The notes below the pieces were generated by a model. That model saw nothing but the letters and a program-made list of their open reading frames with translations, did no database searches and was not told the origin of the DNA. Of a stretch of DNA of 64,000 bases, positions 50,105-63,400 are shown in pieces. Within the stretch, counting starts at the first letter, position 1, and every line of letters begins with the position of its first letter. The DNA comes from Selaginella moellendorffii (taxonomy: Eukaryota; Plantae; Lycopodiophyta), in the NCBI RefSeq assembly GCF_000143415.4, contig NW_003314278.1, positions 2,058,362-2,122,361 of the forward strand, written 5' to 3'. The position numbers and the translations under genes are program-made.

Positions 50105-52923
50105 AAATTCTAGGTACTAATAATTCTTACACTATGATATTATCCATCTCCCCCCACCCCCCTCTCGCCTTTTTTTTTATTAACAAAATTGTATTACCTA
50201 TAGATAATAAACTCATAATACTAGTAATTATGAAATTTGATAGACTAACACTGTAACTCTATCATCTTTGACACTGACACTGTCTCTATCACTGACACTA
50301 TCACTATCACTATCTACTGCACTGACACTGTCACTGTCACAATCATTATCACATTGACATGTAACACATCTTTCTCATTGTAAGTGGATATATTCAATTG
50401 TCTTTTAATGTATCATTAATAAATAGATTTTTCATACCACTCCTCAATTTACACATTGCATATGATGTGCCATACATACCTAGGAAGACTTCTAGAAAAT
50501 TAAATATATATTGTATATAAGTTTATAAAACATCATAAATTACCTCCTAGAAGAAACTGATAGAGAAGGATAAAAACCTCTAAGATGGTGTTTGAAGAAC
50601 TCATATTCTTCAATCGCAAACACCGATCTACCAGAGTCACATGCTGCTTCGACTATCGAACATTACCTACTATGCAATCGATGACAACACCCCTAGTTGG
50701 GCAATAAAGCTCAAATAGGACATGCATTGCTGATGGAGATCGAAACTGATACCCAGACAATGTGTTGTAGATGTCATCATTTACGAGATTTGGTATGATG
50801 TCAGCAAAAGCTATCATACCTTGGCAAAACCCTTGCAGCATGCTCACTATCACAAAAACCATCATTTTCTCTTATGTAGAACACATGGTAGGTCCACATC
50901 ATGATCTGAATAATAAAACTTTAGAGACAACCAAAACAGAAGATGATTTCTTACCTTCTCTGGCATGCCTAGGATGCCTTTGGTCTCAACCCCAACACTA
51001 TCTATGATGCACTCGAAAGAGAACCTCTTGAAGTTGACTTGAGTTGCATACTTCATAAGGCAAGACATCCAATGGGGGTCATTTGGGAGAATGAAGGCAA
51101 CTTGATCGGTTGTGTGAAGGAGAATTGCTGCCAAAAGGAATGCATCCTTCAAGTGGTTTTTAGTCAGATTGTTCTAACTTGGGACATCACCATTAGCGTC
51201 TGGAAGACCATCTAGCATGTCAAAGAGCATGAAATTTGTGCTCTTGAGTGGTCACCTATAGATCTTTTGACAAAAGTGCTCCCACTTTTGCCAGATAGCC
51301 ATATTCTCAGCATCCTCCTCAAAAGATGCCATCAATGAACTGTAGGAGCTAATAAAGATCCCAACTTCACCACGGAATGCCGTTGGAGAAATAGGGCGAA
51401 TCTAGGGGGAGAAGACAAAGATAAGATGTGAACTTAAGAAAAATTTATATATTGTCATGTGGCGTGTGGTAAATGTAAGTTCCTCCAGATCCTCTTTATG
51501 GGCATCAAGACGAGCTGGAATGAAGTTACTCTTGACAGCTTTTGTTGCAACCATTTTGAGGAACTAAGAAAAGGAGAGAATTAAGAGAAATATACCTCAA
51601 GAAATTTCTTGGTTATGGGGATGTCTTGGACAATCATCATCACTATTGATTAATTCCTCCAGATGTGGATTTGCACGCTTTCATCAAGGTAGAACTTCTT
51701 AGACATTCTGGTTCTCTTGCTTGACTTCGTCTCGAGGAATTTCTTGCAAGTTGTTCTCACCGCCATTTTCACTCTCCTCGCCATTGGCACCAACAGTGTC
51801 AACATTCTCGTGGCCATCATCTTCGTCATCCGGGACATCTTTATTATTGCCTCTTGCAGCCTCTCAGTGGGTTGGTGCATAATCTAGCATCTCCAATTCC
51901 CAAGGACAAGCTTGTTTTGTTACTACTGGAAACTTCATTATTGTCGGGTACATGCCTCCATCTCTCACACCATGCCTCAGAAGTCATTTGCATACCGGTA
52001 TTTTGAGAGGAACACCTCTATATTGGAGATACCTATGATAAAAGATAAACAAATTGAGTATAGTTGAGAAATTGTATATTACTTGAAAGCTGCTCACTGC
52101 ATGAAGTAAGGTTGGCCAAGTTGTTTATCAAATGGAGTCGTGTTTATGGCCTTTTTTGGCAGCCAGTCCTCTCCGAGTTTTGTAAGCTCAGTGGTGACAA
52201 AATCCTTGAATGGAAGTTGCTTAGGATCATCCCCTATGAAAGGCACTAGAAACATCTCCCCTTCATATATAGTTTGTGAAATGTAGATGGTCCTCTTCAT
52301 CACAGTCTCCATCATACTGTCCAAACCTTTTTCTCCTTCCCTGAGTCTGCTATTGAGGTCGTTCAAAATGTGTATCTGTTCCTCATATATAAGTTTCGAC
52401 TTTGAGATGTTGTAAATAATCTCATCTGGAGTCTTGCCCACTTAAGAAATAACTTTTTGTGAGTAACCTTCATGTAAATGCAAATAATATTTACTTTCAT
52501 GACAAGCAATCTTTGTTATGATATCGAACCACTCCTTTGGGCGTCGAGAGTCAGCCATATTAAGTAATTTCCTTACCTTTGTCTTCTTTGTGATGTTGAT
52601 TTTCTTGTCAATTGCAGCTAAATGCTCCGAGAGTTCTTGATCATTTTCAGCTCGATGCGATTGTGCATATGCATCTTGCTTAACCTTCACCAATGGCTGA
52701 AGATAACACAAACATTCTATGATAAAAAGTATACTTGGAAGAACATACCTTACTCCACACAGCTATCATAAAAGCCATTGGATTCTTGTACTATCTATTG
52801 GCATCTTGACGACCTTGTTGATGCCAAATAAGTGATGCTAAATCATCACCATAATGGCTGCAGACTGCATCCTTGTCGAGATTAGCAAGAAACCAGATTT
52901 ACTCGATATCATGTACTAGGCTA

Positions 52924-53812
52924 TGTTTTTGCACTACAAACTGTCCCAACCTGGAAGACACAAATTGTTAAAAGTGATTGAAGAGGGAGAGGTACTTACG
53001 CATTAATTTTGTGGTAAGTTATCACAAGCCTTGCCACATCTAAAGATCCTCTCGCATATACATGTCCAACTAAAACATTGATGTGATAGACAGAATCGTC
53101 TCAAAAGCATTCATTGATGCACTTCATCCATGCACACTAATGATGATTCTCGTCCATAATGTAGAACATTTTCCCCACAAATTGTTGAGTCTCAAGATGA
53201 CTCATAAGCATGTTGTCAAATTCGCGGGACTTCATTTTCCAAATGTCATCCCAAACCCTCTCGATTTCTAGTGACATCGAGAGGGTATTTGTCATTCCTG
53301 GCTTGAAGACCGAAACAAGGAACATACCTATGTTTGTTCCAAGGCCATTTTGTTTGTACAGACAGTTTGTAGTGTTTTTGCACTACAAACTGTCCCAACC
53401 TGGAAGACACAAATTGTTAAAAGTGATTGAAGAGGGAGAGGTACTTACGCATTAATTTTGTGGTAAGTTATCACAAGCCTTGCCACATCTAAAGATCCTC
53501 TCGTGTATACATGTCCAACTAAAACATTGATGTGATAGACAGAATCGTCTCGAAAGCATTCATTGATGCACTTCATCCATGCACACTAATGATGATTCCC
53601 GTCCATAGTGTAGAACATTTTCCCCACAAATTGTTGAGTCTCAAGATGACTCATAAGCATGTTGTCAAATTCACGGGACTTCATTTTCCAAATGTCATCC
53701 CAAACCCTCTCGATTTCTAGTGACATCGAGAGGGTATTTGTCATTCCTGGCTTGAAGACCAAAACAAGGAACATACCTATGTTTGTTCCAAGGCCATTCT
53801 GTTTGTACAGAC
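52924..53812. repeat. 449-bp tandem duplication inside the ParB-like region
   Basis: gcactacaaactgtcc occurs at 52931 and 53380; the copies are near-identical. Confidence 0.95.
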
Positions 53813-54159
53813 TATAGATGTCCATGTTGACGAAGTGCGGTGAAGTAGACCAAATGATGCTTGTTTGAGTGAATGGACATAGTGGGATTTCTTGAATCAT
53901 GTCTCTTAGGCCTTCCCACTTGAGAGACTCCAGAGTCGTGTGAATGGCCTTCTCTTTAGTTCTCAAAACTGTCTCTTGGAAGCGCTTGTTTACAATGTGT
54001 TCAAGTAGCTCCACTTCTCTTTCAGCTTTAGCCACACCTCCAGTAACACCATTTTCAACTCTAGCCCCCAGCTAGGGCCCAACACCCTAGTTAGGCGCAC
54101 TTGGGCACTGCCCCGTAATGTAGCTAGTTTCTGCCATATTTTGCGAATATGTTAAGAGT

Positions 54160-54411
54160 AATGGCATTTGTGGTTTTGGCAGCAATGGTAGTGATGACAA
54201 TGGTTGCAATGGTGTTGCTGGTGGTGATGATGGTGGCAATGGTGGTGGTAATAATGGCGATGATGGCAGTGGTGGTAATGGTGGTGATGACAGTGGTGGT
54301 AATAGTGGTGATGACGGTGGTGTTAATGGTGGTGATGAAGGTAGAGGTGGCAATAGTGGTGAAGGTGGTGGTGGTGGTAATGGTGGTGGTGGCATTGATG
54401 GCGGTGGTGGC
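54160..54411. repeat. Degenerate GGT/GAT trinucleotide low-complexity tract (poly-Pro on the minus strand)
   Basis: Seen directly; ORF 54087-54413. Confidence 0.85.
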
Positions 54412-54639
54412 AAAAATGGGGGTGTATATAGACTGGAGCTATTTGGTTGCGAAGACGGCAGAGTTGTCGCTATGGAAATCTCTATTTGAATATCAACTTG
54501 ATTGTCGTCCTAGATCTCATTTTCTCATGTCTTCTCTTTGATCCAACATCCTTCTCCTTTGTAGTTGTTTCCGTTTCTGAAAATAAAAAAAACTCATTAA
54601 TAATTGAAAATGCATAAGAAGTAAAAATGCATAAGAAGC

Positions 54640-55320
54640 GGGGACTTTGGGGCAGGGACTTGGTGCAGGTATTGGTTCACCGGTGACCGGCCCGCCCCAA
54701 GCGCCTTGGCTGGCCCGCATGGAGTGCCCAGCCTGGGCACTTGGCACAAGGACTTGGTGTGGGTGCTGGTTTCCCGGTGTACCGGCCAGTGCCAAAGTGC
54801 CATGGCCGGCCCACGCCAAGTGCCTAGCCTAGGCACTTGGACTTGGCGCTTGGGGGCGGGATGGTTCGCCGGCACACCAGCCCGCACGCCAAGTCCAAGT
54901 GCCCACGTGGAGTGCCCAGCTTGGGCACTTGGTGTGGAGAATTGGTATAGGCACCAATTCGCTGGTGTACCGGCCCGCCCCCAAGTGCCTTGGTCGGCCC
55001 GCACAGAGTGCCCAGGCCGGGCACCCCTGTTGGGACTTGGCGCGGGTGCCAGTTCGCTGGTGTACCAGCCCGCCCCCAAGTGCCTTGGCTGGCCCGCGCG
55101 GAGTGCCCAGCCCGGGCACTTGGCGCGGGGACTTGGCGCGGGTGCTAGTTTGCTGGCGTACTAGCCCACTCCCAAGCACCTTGGCTGGCCCATACTAAGT
55201 GCCCGGTCTAGGCACTTGGCGCGGGTGCCGGTTCGCCAGCGTACCGGCCCGCCACGGCCAGCCTGGGCGAAGTCCCCGGCCAAATGCCTGGCCTGGGCAC
55301 TTGGCAGTGGCAGTGCTGGG
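54640..55320. repeat. GC-rich degenerate tandem repeat (~90-100-bp units) built from GGCACTTGG/CCAAGTGCC
   Basis: Recurrent ggacttggcgcgggtgcc...gtaccggcccgcccccaagtgccttggctggcccgc...gagtgcccag. Confidence 0.85.
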
Positions 55321-57518
55321 CATGGCAGCGGCATGGCACTGGGCGTGGTGTGGTATAGGCACAGCAGCACTGGGTGTGGCGTGGGCGTGGCAGTGCTGGG
55401 TGCGGTGTGGGCACGGCGGCATTGGGTGTGGCATGGGAGTGGAGGAGAGGGGATGGAGGAGTAAAAAATTTACTCTTGGCGGCATTCTGTTTGATACTGA
55501 TGGATCTCTACTTTCTGTAAAACCCAAATGCCAGCGGCTGCCCTAACCCTAACCTAACTTTCATCATAATCGTTCATGTGGATGCAGTAAATCTTCATTA
55601 CATTCTGCAAATATTTGTTAGCAATGTACAATTTCTATTCTGTCATAGATTTGATCACGTGATAAAGTCCTTTTGACTTGTAATTTAATAATAGAGGTGT
55701 GCTCTAATATGACTATGCTGTAATGTGGAAATAATGTCACAGACGCATGTGTTGAATTGATCACAGTACAAAATTATAAATGAGAATTATGTGTTTCTTG
55801 CAAGTCATAGCATCTTGTCAGAAAATATAAGATTATTAAATTGTAAGGTGTTATTTCCAAAGCAATATATATATAGATAATTTACTATAGGTGATAGATG
55901 GTAGTACAAAGATAGAATATATTTAAATGATTTCAGAAGAATGTGATGATTTCTGTCTTTAATGAAGTACTAAAAATATGTACAATATTTAATTTATTTA
56001 GCAATAGTTAGTTGATGGTAGATCCTAGAATAAAATCATTCCTATCTTTCATATTATGGCATATGCTTGAGGTGATATTTCTTTCCGTTCTACCAAAAGT
56101 TAGTCCATATAATAAATTTAAGCATCTTTTTGAATTCAATGTATACAGACTTTTAATATTGTACAACATAGTCCTTTATACTTCATACAAAATTTATTAT
56201 AACAACATTATTCAATATTAGATCCTAGAATAAAATCACCTTTTCTTTTCAAATAATAGCATAGCATATGTTTGAGGTGACATTTCTTTATAAAAGTTCA
56301 AAATTTCAAAACCTAAAGGCAACAAAATGGAGAGTTTAGTTTTGCATTACCAAGATCACCTACCACTTTCTTTTTCCCTAAAGTTTTATTTTAGAAAGTT
56401 TTCTTTACCGACGTTTTAATCTTTCTCTCGGTTATATTTCATTGGAGGCTATGATTCGCAACAACATTGGTATAGTTGAACAATCGGAGTTTCTTCTTTC
56501 GAGTGTAAGTGAAGGTGGACAACATTGGGATTTGTAACATTTCAAGTCGAAGGAGATTCGAGTTTTTGGATCTCCAATCAAAATGCGAGACTACAATCCT
56601 ACCAAAGTGAATGTGAAGCAAGAGTCAGTCGTCATCATTTCTTCCTCTTTTAGTTCTAGTGGAGATGTTAGTCTAGTGCGAGCCAAGAATTTTAAAACTC
56701 CAACTTCACTGATATTCAAAGTTGTTTGCAACGCTTTCCAGTTTTCCCGCCTCTCTATCGATGTGCTTTCCTTTCTACATAGGCCTGTAAGCGAGCTCCC
56801 ATTTACATACAATAGAAATATCTTCTTTGAACTACCACCTCTTATTAGCTCAAAACGAAAGGGGATGGAGATAAAGCAAAACGTTCACAACTGATGCAAG
56901 ATCAAGACCACACATTTCCAGCATTTCGAAAGCACAGTGTCCATGGTTCATTATAGTGGGTATTTGGATTGTGTGAATAAAGCATGCAATTGAGAGCACG
57001 GTAAAAACTCCACATATTTTGAAGGATCTGCAACCAATCTTCCCATCTATGACACCATTGGTATTGGATTCAAGTGAAGCTCTATTTCATTAAAGTGGGA
57101 ATTGTCATTATCCCACTTGTAAAATAAGGTTTCCAAACCTTTATATAGTATATAAATATAACAAAATTCAACTGCATTGAGGCACATGCCATTTTATTTT
57201 AAACAAGGAAATGTCTACTCAATCACTTCTCCTCCCCCTGCCACTGCTTCACCTCTCTCTTCTCCTTGTCATCGTCGTCCAATTTCTTTCCATCCTTTTA
57301 ATATTGGCTCAGTTGCTCCGAGTCTAGGTGGAGCCCAAGTCCCCATTCAATCTTTACTTTCCCCTTATTAATAAAACAACTTCGTAGACTTCCAATAACA
57401 TGCTGTAACACTTCTAGTATAATGCAAATCCTCTCAAAGAATTATCTTTTAATATTAATACAATGGCATGGAACCCCATGCCATAATAAGTTACATTTTT
57501 AAATAAATACATGCCATC

Positions 57519-59480
57519 TCAGACTGTTATTTTTTGCCTCCAATGCCTATACAATAATCTTGGAATTTCATCACTCTCCACACTATCAGGATTTAAACCC
57601 AATAGTAATGCCATCTCTTCTCTAATACGTCCACGCTCATGTTCAGTGGTCGAAGAACCCATTCGGTTGAGCAGATTATGGAGATGCGGATAGTGCTTGG
57701 CTAAACAATATACATGCCATAAATGATGACTGGTGTCTGTCCGATCAAATGGCTTCTGATATACCGTTCCATCTGCCATTTGGTTGATTTCTGCAGCCAC
57801 CTCCTGGACTGGCCGGTTCTCTATCACCATCGCTCCAAGCCATTTTGCAAAGTCCCCCAGAACATACGGTTTCTTCTCCCTAGTTCCCATACTGCAAGAG
57901 ATGGGGTACACTGCATATGTGTGCGTGTTCGCTACAGTTTTAATCGGCGAGTCATTGATGATGAGGATTTCACTTGACCTAGCAGTCCGGTTCATCACTA
58001 CAGCCTCTGGCTTGATGAAGATGGGCTTGCTACCCCTCACATGGACCATAGTCAAGCAATCCTCCTGCATTAGGAGAAAGTCAAATGGTAATATTACTCG
58101 CGTCTGATCGTGCATCATATGTAGCAACGTTAATGCATTGTGGCGCATCATGGATGTCCAAACTCCCAATTGCAAATTGAACCCGGCCCTCTGTTTTAAG
58201 TGTCGCATGGTCATTATTAGATCCCATAGTTTTTCCCGTGTGATTAATGTGAATCTGTCTCTTTTGACCAACTTGCGACCGCAGGCTTTGGAGGGTGCAG
58301 TGACATTTGAGGACAAGCCACGCTCATGGGAGAAAAGGACACCGTTCAGATCAAAAACGATACAGTAACTTCGCCGTGACTCTGAAATGAAATGCGTCAA
58401 CATAAAAAATGGTACAAGTCAATTTTACCATCTACAATAGTAATAGTAACAAGTACTATTATCTGCGACGATTTTTGCTGCCTCTTCTTGCTCTTTCTCC
58501 TCTTTGCGGCTCTTCTTTTTGGTGGGTGTAGTGTTTGAAACCGAGGCAATGGCATCACCGAGTAGCTTCTTTTTTGGAGCAGGAGAGTCAGACGTCGGCT
58601 TGAGCTTGACCACCCTTTTCTGCTTTGGGGTAGTTTCCAGATCGTCCCCTTCGCTTCGCAAACTGGAGGCACTCTCAACGGCTCAATGTTGGAATATAGT
58701 TTTTGAACATTGCCGTAGGTGAGGTCCGTGGATTCCATGTGATCTTCATAGACCCGCAGCGTCTTTGAAATTGTGGGCCTCCTGGACAACCTCTCCCTAG
58801 CTCCCTCTAGGAATTCCTCATAGCCGCTGCCCCCCTCTAGGAAGCCGCTAGGATGTGCAAGGTGGATCTTGAAGGCGGACGCTGTCTCTACCACAAGTGC
58901 CAGTCCATATTCTTGCATGGAATTGCATGGAGTGTCTGTCACTTGGATGAGGATCCCCATGCATTCTTTTCTCCCACCATTTGTGTTGTACAGCCTCAGA
59001 TCCTCGCCTTCCATCCCAAAAGTCCAACTGGTGAGCTCCTCCCCCTTCCCTGCATCCACATTGATAGTGGCTGGAAGAAGAACGCAATTCCTCGCCTGTT
59101 CAGAAATGCACAACAATTAGAGCTGACAGATGAAAAGCTAGCAGCTGGAAATAACGTGAGGCCACATGCCATTCACCATTGCATCAGATGTCTTGAGGCT
59201 GCATCCTAAGATGGCGTGAGGCTATACGCCATCTGTAACCGGACTGCACTCGAGAGCCCAATCAGTGCATGCCAATGTTGCTACTGAATGGCATGTGGCC
59301 TCATGCTATTTTCTATTTGGCCTAAAAGACTTACCATTTGAAGCCGAATGGAGGCATGACAATCGAGGCCAGACTCGCTGGCGAATGTGCACTGTGTGTG
59401 CAGCGGATTGTAGCAGCAAGGCTACTCTGCCACTTACAGTTGGAGAGTGGCGCTGAAATCTCCTGGGACGCCAAGTGGGC
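57519..59480 (-). pseudogene. Intron-containing gene ending in an FCP1/NIF-like HAD phosphatase domain (57519-58380); N-terminal part apparently frameshifted
   Basis: IVFDLNGVL, LGVWTSMMRHN, KPIFIK and LIINDSPIK correspond to HAD motifs I-IV of the DLNG-type FCP1-homology family. GTAAGT donor at ~59333; acceptors at ~59097 and ~58382. Confidence 0.65.
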
Positions 59481-60606
59481 TGCGTGTGGGTGGCAGAGTG
59501 GGCGGCGAAGTTGGCGGCGAAGTTACAAACTGGGTGTGTCTTGAAGTGGATGCCGATGCACACGAGCGCAATGCGAGCGCGAGTGTGATGCAAGCGCGAG
59601 TGGACGCCGATGCACACGAGAAACCTGTAGAGAAGGTAGATGAGCGTGAATGTGAGCGTGATCGCGAGTGGGAGCGCGATGCGAGCGCGAGTGTGCGAGC
59701 GCGAGTACGAAGCAAAATGCAAAACCTAACCTCACACGCGCGAAATGTCACGACGGTTGGTAATCTTGCCACGTCATCATTCCTCGAACTTGGGCGCCAC
59801 CATTAATTTCTGGATCGCCGCGCGCATGCGTGAAATCCAAATGAAATCCGCAACGTCATCATTCCTCGGACTGCATGCACGCGAAATCCAAAAGAAAGAT
59901 CATGATTGGGATATCATTTAATACCCTCTCTATATTTATACCATGCATGATTGGATATTCCAAAGCATCTTGTATTTCCAAAAATGCCAGATGTTCAGCT
60001 AAATAAATTGTCAGAGGATTTGATGTGACGTTCAAGCGTGTGGGCTCATGCAATTTTGATCCCAAAAAATGCACCAAAAAATGCTCGGCGTCATTTGGCG
60101 TTATCTCTTGAATGGCGTGGGGCCGCATGCCATTTTCAGGGGCACATAGGAGTATATTCCTAGAATATTCTGACACGTGCGAGATTTTTTTGAGTTTTCT
60201 ACAGATCCAACCGTTAGATCGCAACTAAATTTTACAGAATGGTATACAATGTCCTTCTTGATGACCCTGCAAAGAAGCATCTCGATCGGATACCACATAA
60301 GACCACACAAGCCTTACAATGTTTTAGGGGCATTTGCCATAGATCCGACCGTTATTTTGCTCCAAGATTTTACAGTTTGGTGTGCATTGACCTTTCTATT
60401 GACACTGCAAAGGGACATCACAATCAGATGCGGGATCACATGAAACTAACTTCACTAACTCTGGTTTCACCAAGATCTACGTAAGGAGTTATGAAATGAA
60501 AAGACCCTCTCTATTGAAATGTGTTTATGGTCCTAGGGGCATTGTGACATATCAAAGGATTTTGCATCAAGTTCTGTATTTGCATGTTTATCAAGCTACT
60601 GAATTG

Positions 60607-60632
60607 CTAAACCCTAAACCCTAAACCCTAAA
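60607..60632. repeat. Short interstitial plant telomeric repeat / telo-box (CCCTAAA)x3+
   Basis: ctaaaccctaaaccctaaaccctaaa. Confidence 0.8.
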
Positions 60633-61453
60633 TATATGGCAAATGCTGCGTGAAGAAAGATGCCCTTTCTGGGCAAATGCTGTAAGAGGCAGATGCCGAG
60701 TAGATGTATCTCAGGCTAGTGAAGGGGACAAACGAAAGCTAGCTATAAACATGACGAGATGCAAATAGATTACTAGGCTGGTCCTGCGAAAATCAAAAAC
60801 CATAATTGAAAACATTGAAAATGCAAAAAGAAAGGTTTATAATATTTTTGAATTTTAAGCAACCAAAGGAATGTAAGTAGGGCATGTGTTTGTAAGTTTA
60901 AAAATGCCTCAACCACTTAAATTCCCAAGTAAATAAAGCTGTTTCTATTTTTGGTACAGGTAAACTTTATAGCGTGTGGGCTCATGCAATTTTGAACCCA
61001 AAAATGCACCAAAAAATGCTCGACTAGCATTATTCTTTGAATGGCGTGTGGCCTTATATTGCCATAAATGGATGTACACACACAGCATAATTATTCCTTT
61101 ACACGGCGAATAATCTTGGCGCGGATCGCTGACACGGCATGGCAAAGTTCGAATCACTGACATGGCACAGCTGGATCAAGGCAAGGACATGATGTGACAA
61201 AGTTCAACCTCCGACAGCAAAGTCTAGAAGCTACTCAGTTTGAAATTTGTCAGAGGAATCATAAGATCTGGTTTGTCAGAGGATTTGATGTGACGTTCAA
61301 GCGTGTGTTATTTTTGAATTCTCGAACTCATTCCTAGGTCTATCATTTTTGTGCGCCGTGTTCTTGGTTCCGCTGAGCGCAATGAGCGCTGCTTGTGTAA
61401 ACGGCGTTGTGAGCTGTGGTTTATGCGTCTACGAGCGGTTGCAACATGGCATT

Positions 61454-61596
61454 GTTGAGTGGCATGGATGCCATTCTCGGGGCTAGCAAGTCCCAAGTCC
61501 TGGATTGGACTTATGGAGGTTGTGAATGAGACTCCTCCAAGTGGTCAGAGGTGTGGTTAAGTGACTAAAGTAGAATGGAAAATCTAGTCGCTTACA
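61454..61596 (+). mobile_element. Isolated 3' end of a family A LTR
   Basis: Matches 9450-9592 and ends GTCGCTTACA. Confidence 0.9.
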
Positions 61597-62029
61597 CCTC
61601 TATGTCGTAAAAAAAAGGTACTAGAGAAATTCCTTAATAATATGAATGTTATTTAGTTTCATGAAAATACATTAAGGGTCAAATGAGTTAAATGACTTCT
61701 CCAGACTAGCAATGCCTCTTGCTACACCTTCACAATTAGATTTGTCCCAGATATGTCCCTGGACAAAAAACATATAATTTCACATCATTTTCAAATACTT
61801 GAAAATTTGTACCTAATCCCATTTTACTGAATAAATCCCACTTTAACGAAATAGAGCTTAGTGTTGGTTTTGCAAGAATGCTCCATTGTGTAGTGCCATT
61901 TGTAGGGCTAAGATGTACTATTTTCTTCCACGGGATAGAGAGGCTAGTAGAGTTGCAATACATATTGGCACGCATACACATCCAATGCAGGAAGGGATAT
62001 AAAGGAGTTCAATCAATTATTTCAAAAAT

Positions 62030-63400
62030 GCAGTGCAGATAGAGACTGTGAGAAACTCATTTATAATTCCAAAGCATGTTCAAAAAATAGTGCTTAAGGA
62101 TTTTATCGCAAGCACTTTACTTGATCTAGACTGCAAGAATACTCAACTGGATGAGGCTAGCTTGCAGGAGTTACTACTACACGTGCAACCTGCAACTAGC
62201 CTTAGGAGTTATGAAAATATTGTTACATACTTTTCAATAATATCTCTCTTATATTTTGTTTTATTTAGGATAAAGTTTTGAATCTGTGAATCTCGAGAGT
62301 GGAAACTCCAATAAAAAATTAACTCAATCCTTGAACTAAATCAGACTTGTCCCTACGAGTTTATCCATGGGAGTTTATTTCCAGATCAAGTCGTTAATGA
62401 GCAAGAGTGTTCCTTTGTTTTCAAAATGTCTACCATAAGCCTTGCCTTTAGTGTGGATCTTGTTTCCTGAATGGATATATTTGGGTCAAATGACCTTGCT
62501 AATGCATAGGTACATTTTGACCATATGGAGCGGGTGGTGGGTTGGACAACCATGGGAGCTTATGTGTATGATCTGAGGTAGTTTTTTTTTTCTCATTATC
62601 TTAAAATGGTATTAAGCATTGCCCTTTTCACAGGCTACGTTGTAACATGACAATTGCAATAGCAGAGTTTAAAGTACAAGACCAGATGGCTCAGGAAATA
62701 TTTTGGAAGTCCCTCTCCAACATTGTATTGAAGTGGACTGGTAAGCCTACCAACTTTCACGGTTTCATGGCAGATGGGGCTGAGGCTAATTGGAATGGTG
62801 TCCGGGTAGTCTTTGGGAATGGTCAACCTCTAGAGGTCGTGAGAAGACTTGTGAGTTCTATTGGGCTCAAAGCCTAAACCAACATTGCCACCTTATCAAG
62901 CCAGATTTCCAATTAGCATTTAAGGAGTTGTGCAAACAATAGTAGGTTGCACCTTTTAAAGAAGAGCATGAGGCAAAAACAAATGAGATCCGATATGGTG
63001 GCGTGAAGATGGCCATATTGACACAAGTTGTCTACCACAACTTGAGTCGTGGTTAGGGTGGTGGGAAGTTAAAATGTTCCAATGGGGACATCATTCTTTT
63101 TAGGTTGGTTTTTCTTTTTTTCCTCTCTTTTTATTGCTTTTTAATATTATCTTTTTGTAAGGATCAACCACTTGAGGATCTTGTATACACCCTAATTGTG
63201 AATCTCTCAGAGAGAAAACATTGGAGTTGGCGTTCCTCTGAGGTAGAGAAAGGGAAGATGAGTTTATATGAAGCATGTCTATCAGATTTGATACGTGCTG
63301 TAGAGCAGTTTTCAAAAGCCTTGGCATTTGAGGAAGGAAGATACATAGGAATAGGACCTTCGGTTGAGATGTTGCATGATTGGATGAAAAAGAAAGTGAC
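62030..63400 (+). pseudogene. Degenerate MULE/MuDR-type transposase
   Basis: VHFDHMERVVGWTTMGAYVYD, GFMADGAEANWNGVRVVFG and CEFYW (CxxH position) motifs; 56-nt GT-AG intron at 62578-62633; stops and frameshifts. Confidence 0.65.

Larger units (their letters stand above)
50570..54560 (-). pseudogene. Decayed multi-exon gene: Pro-rich N-terminus, ParB/Srx-like domain, C-terminal amino-(N4C/N6A) DNA methyltransferase-like domain
   Basis: KMFYTMDGNHH*CAW (ParB DGxHR-type motif, ~53580-53620); FMLFDMLDGLP...VPS*N (motif IV-like, ~51170-51235); PTRGVVIDCIVGN[fs]SIVEAACDSGRSVFAIE (SAM-binding motif, 50605-50700). Confidence 0.62.

Noticed and set aside
54517-55546. Many overlapping GC-rich ORFs (also at 59300-59800)
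   Set aside because: Explained by stop-poor GC-rich repeats; no recognisable motifs.
56400-57110. Possible additional decayed minus-strand coding remnant
   Set aside because: Only short broken frames with no motif I could recognise.
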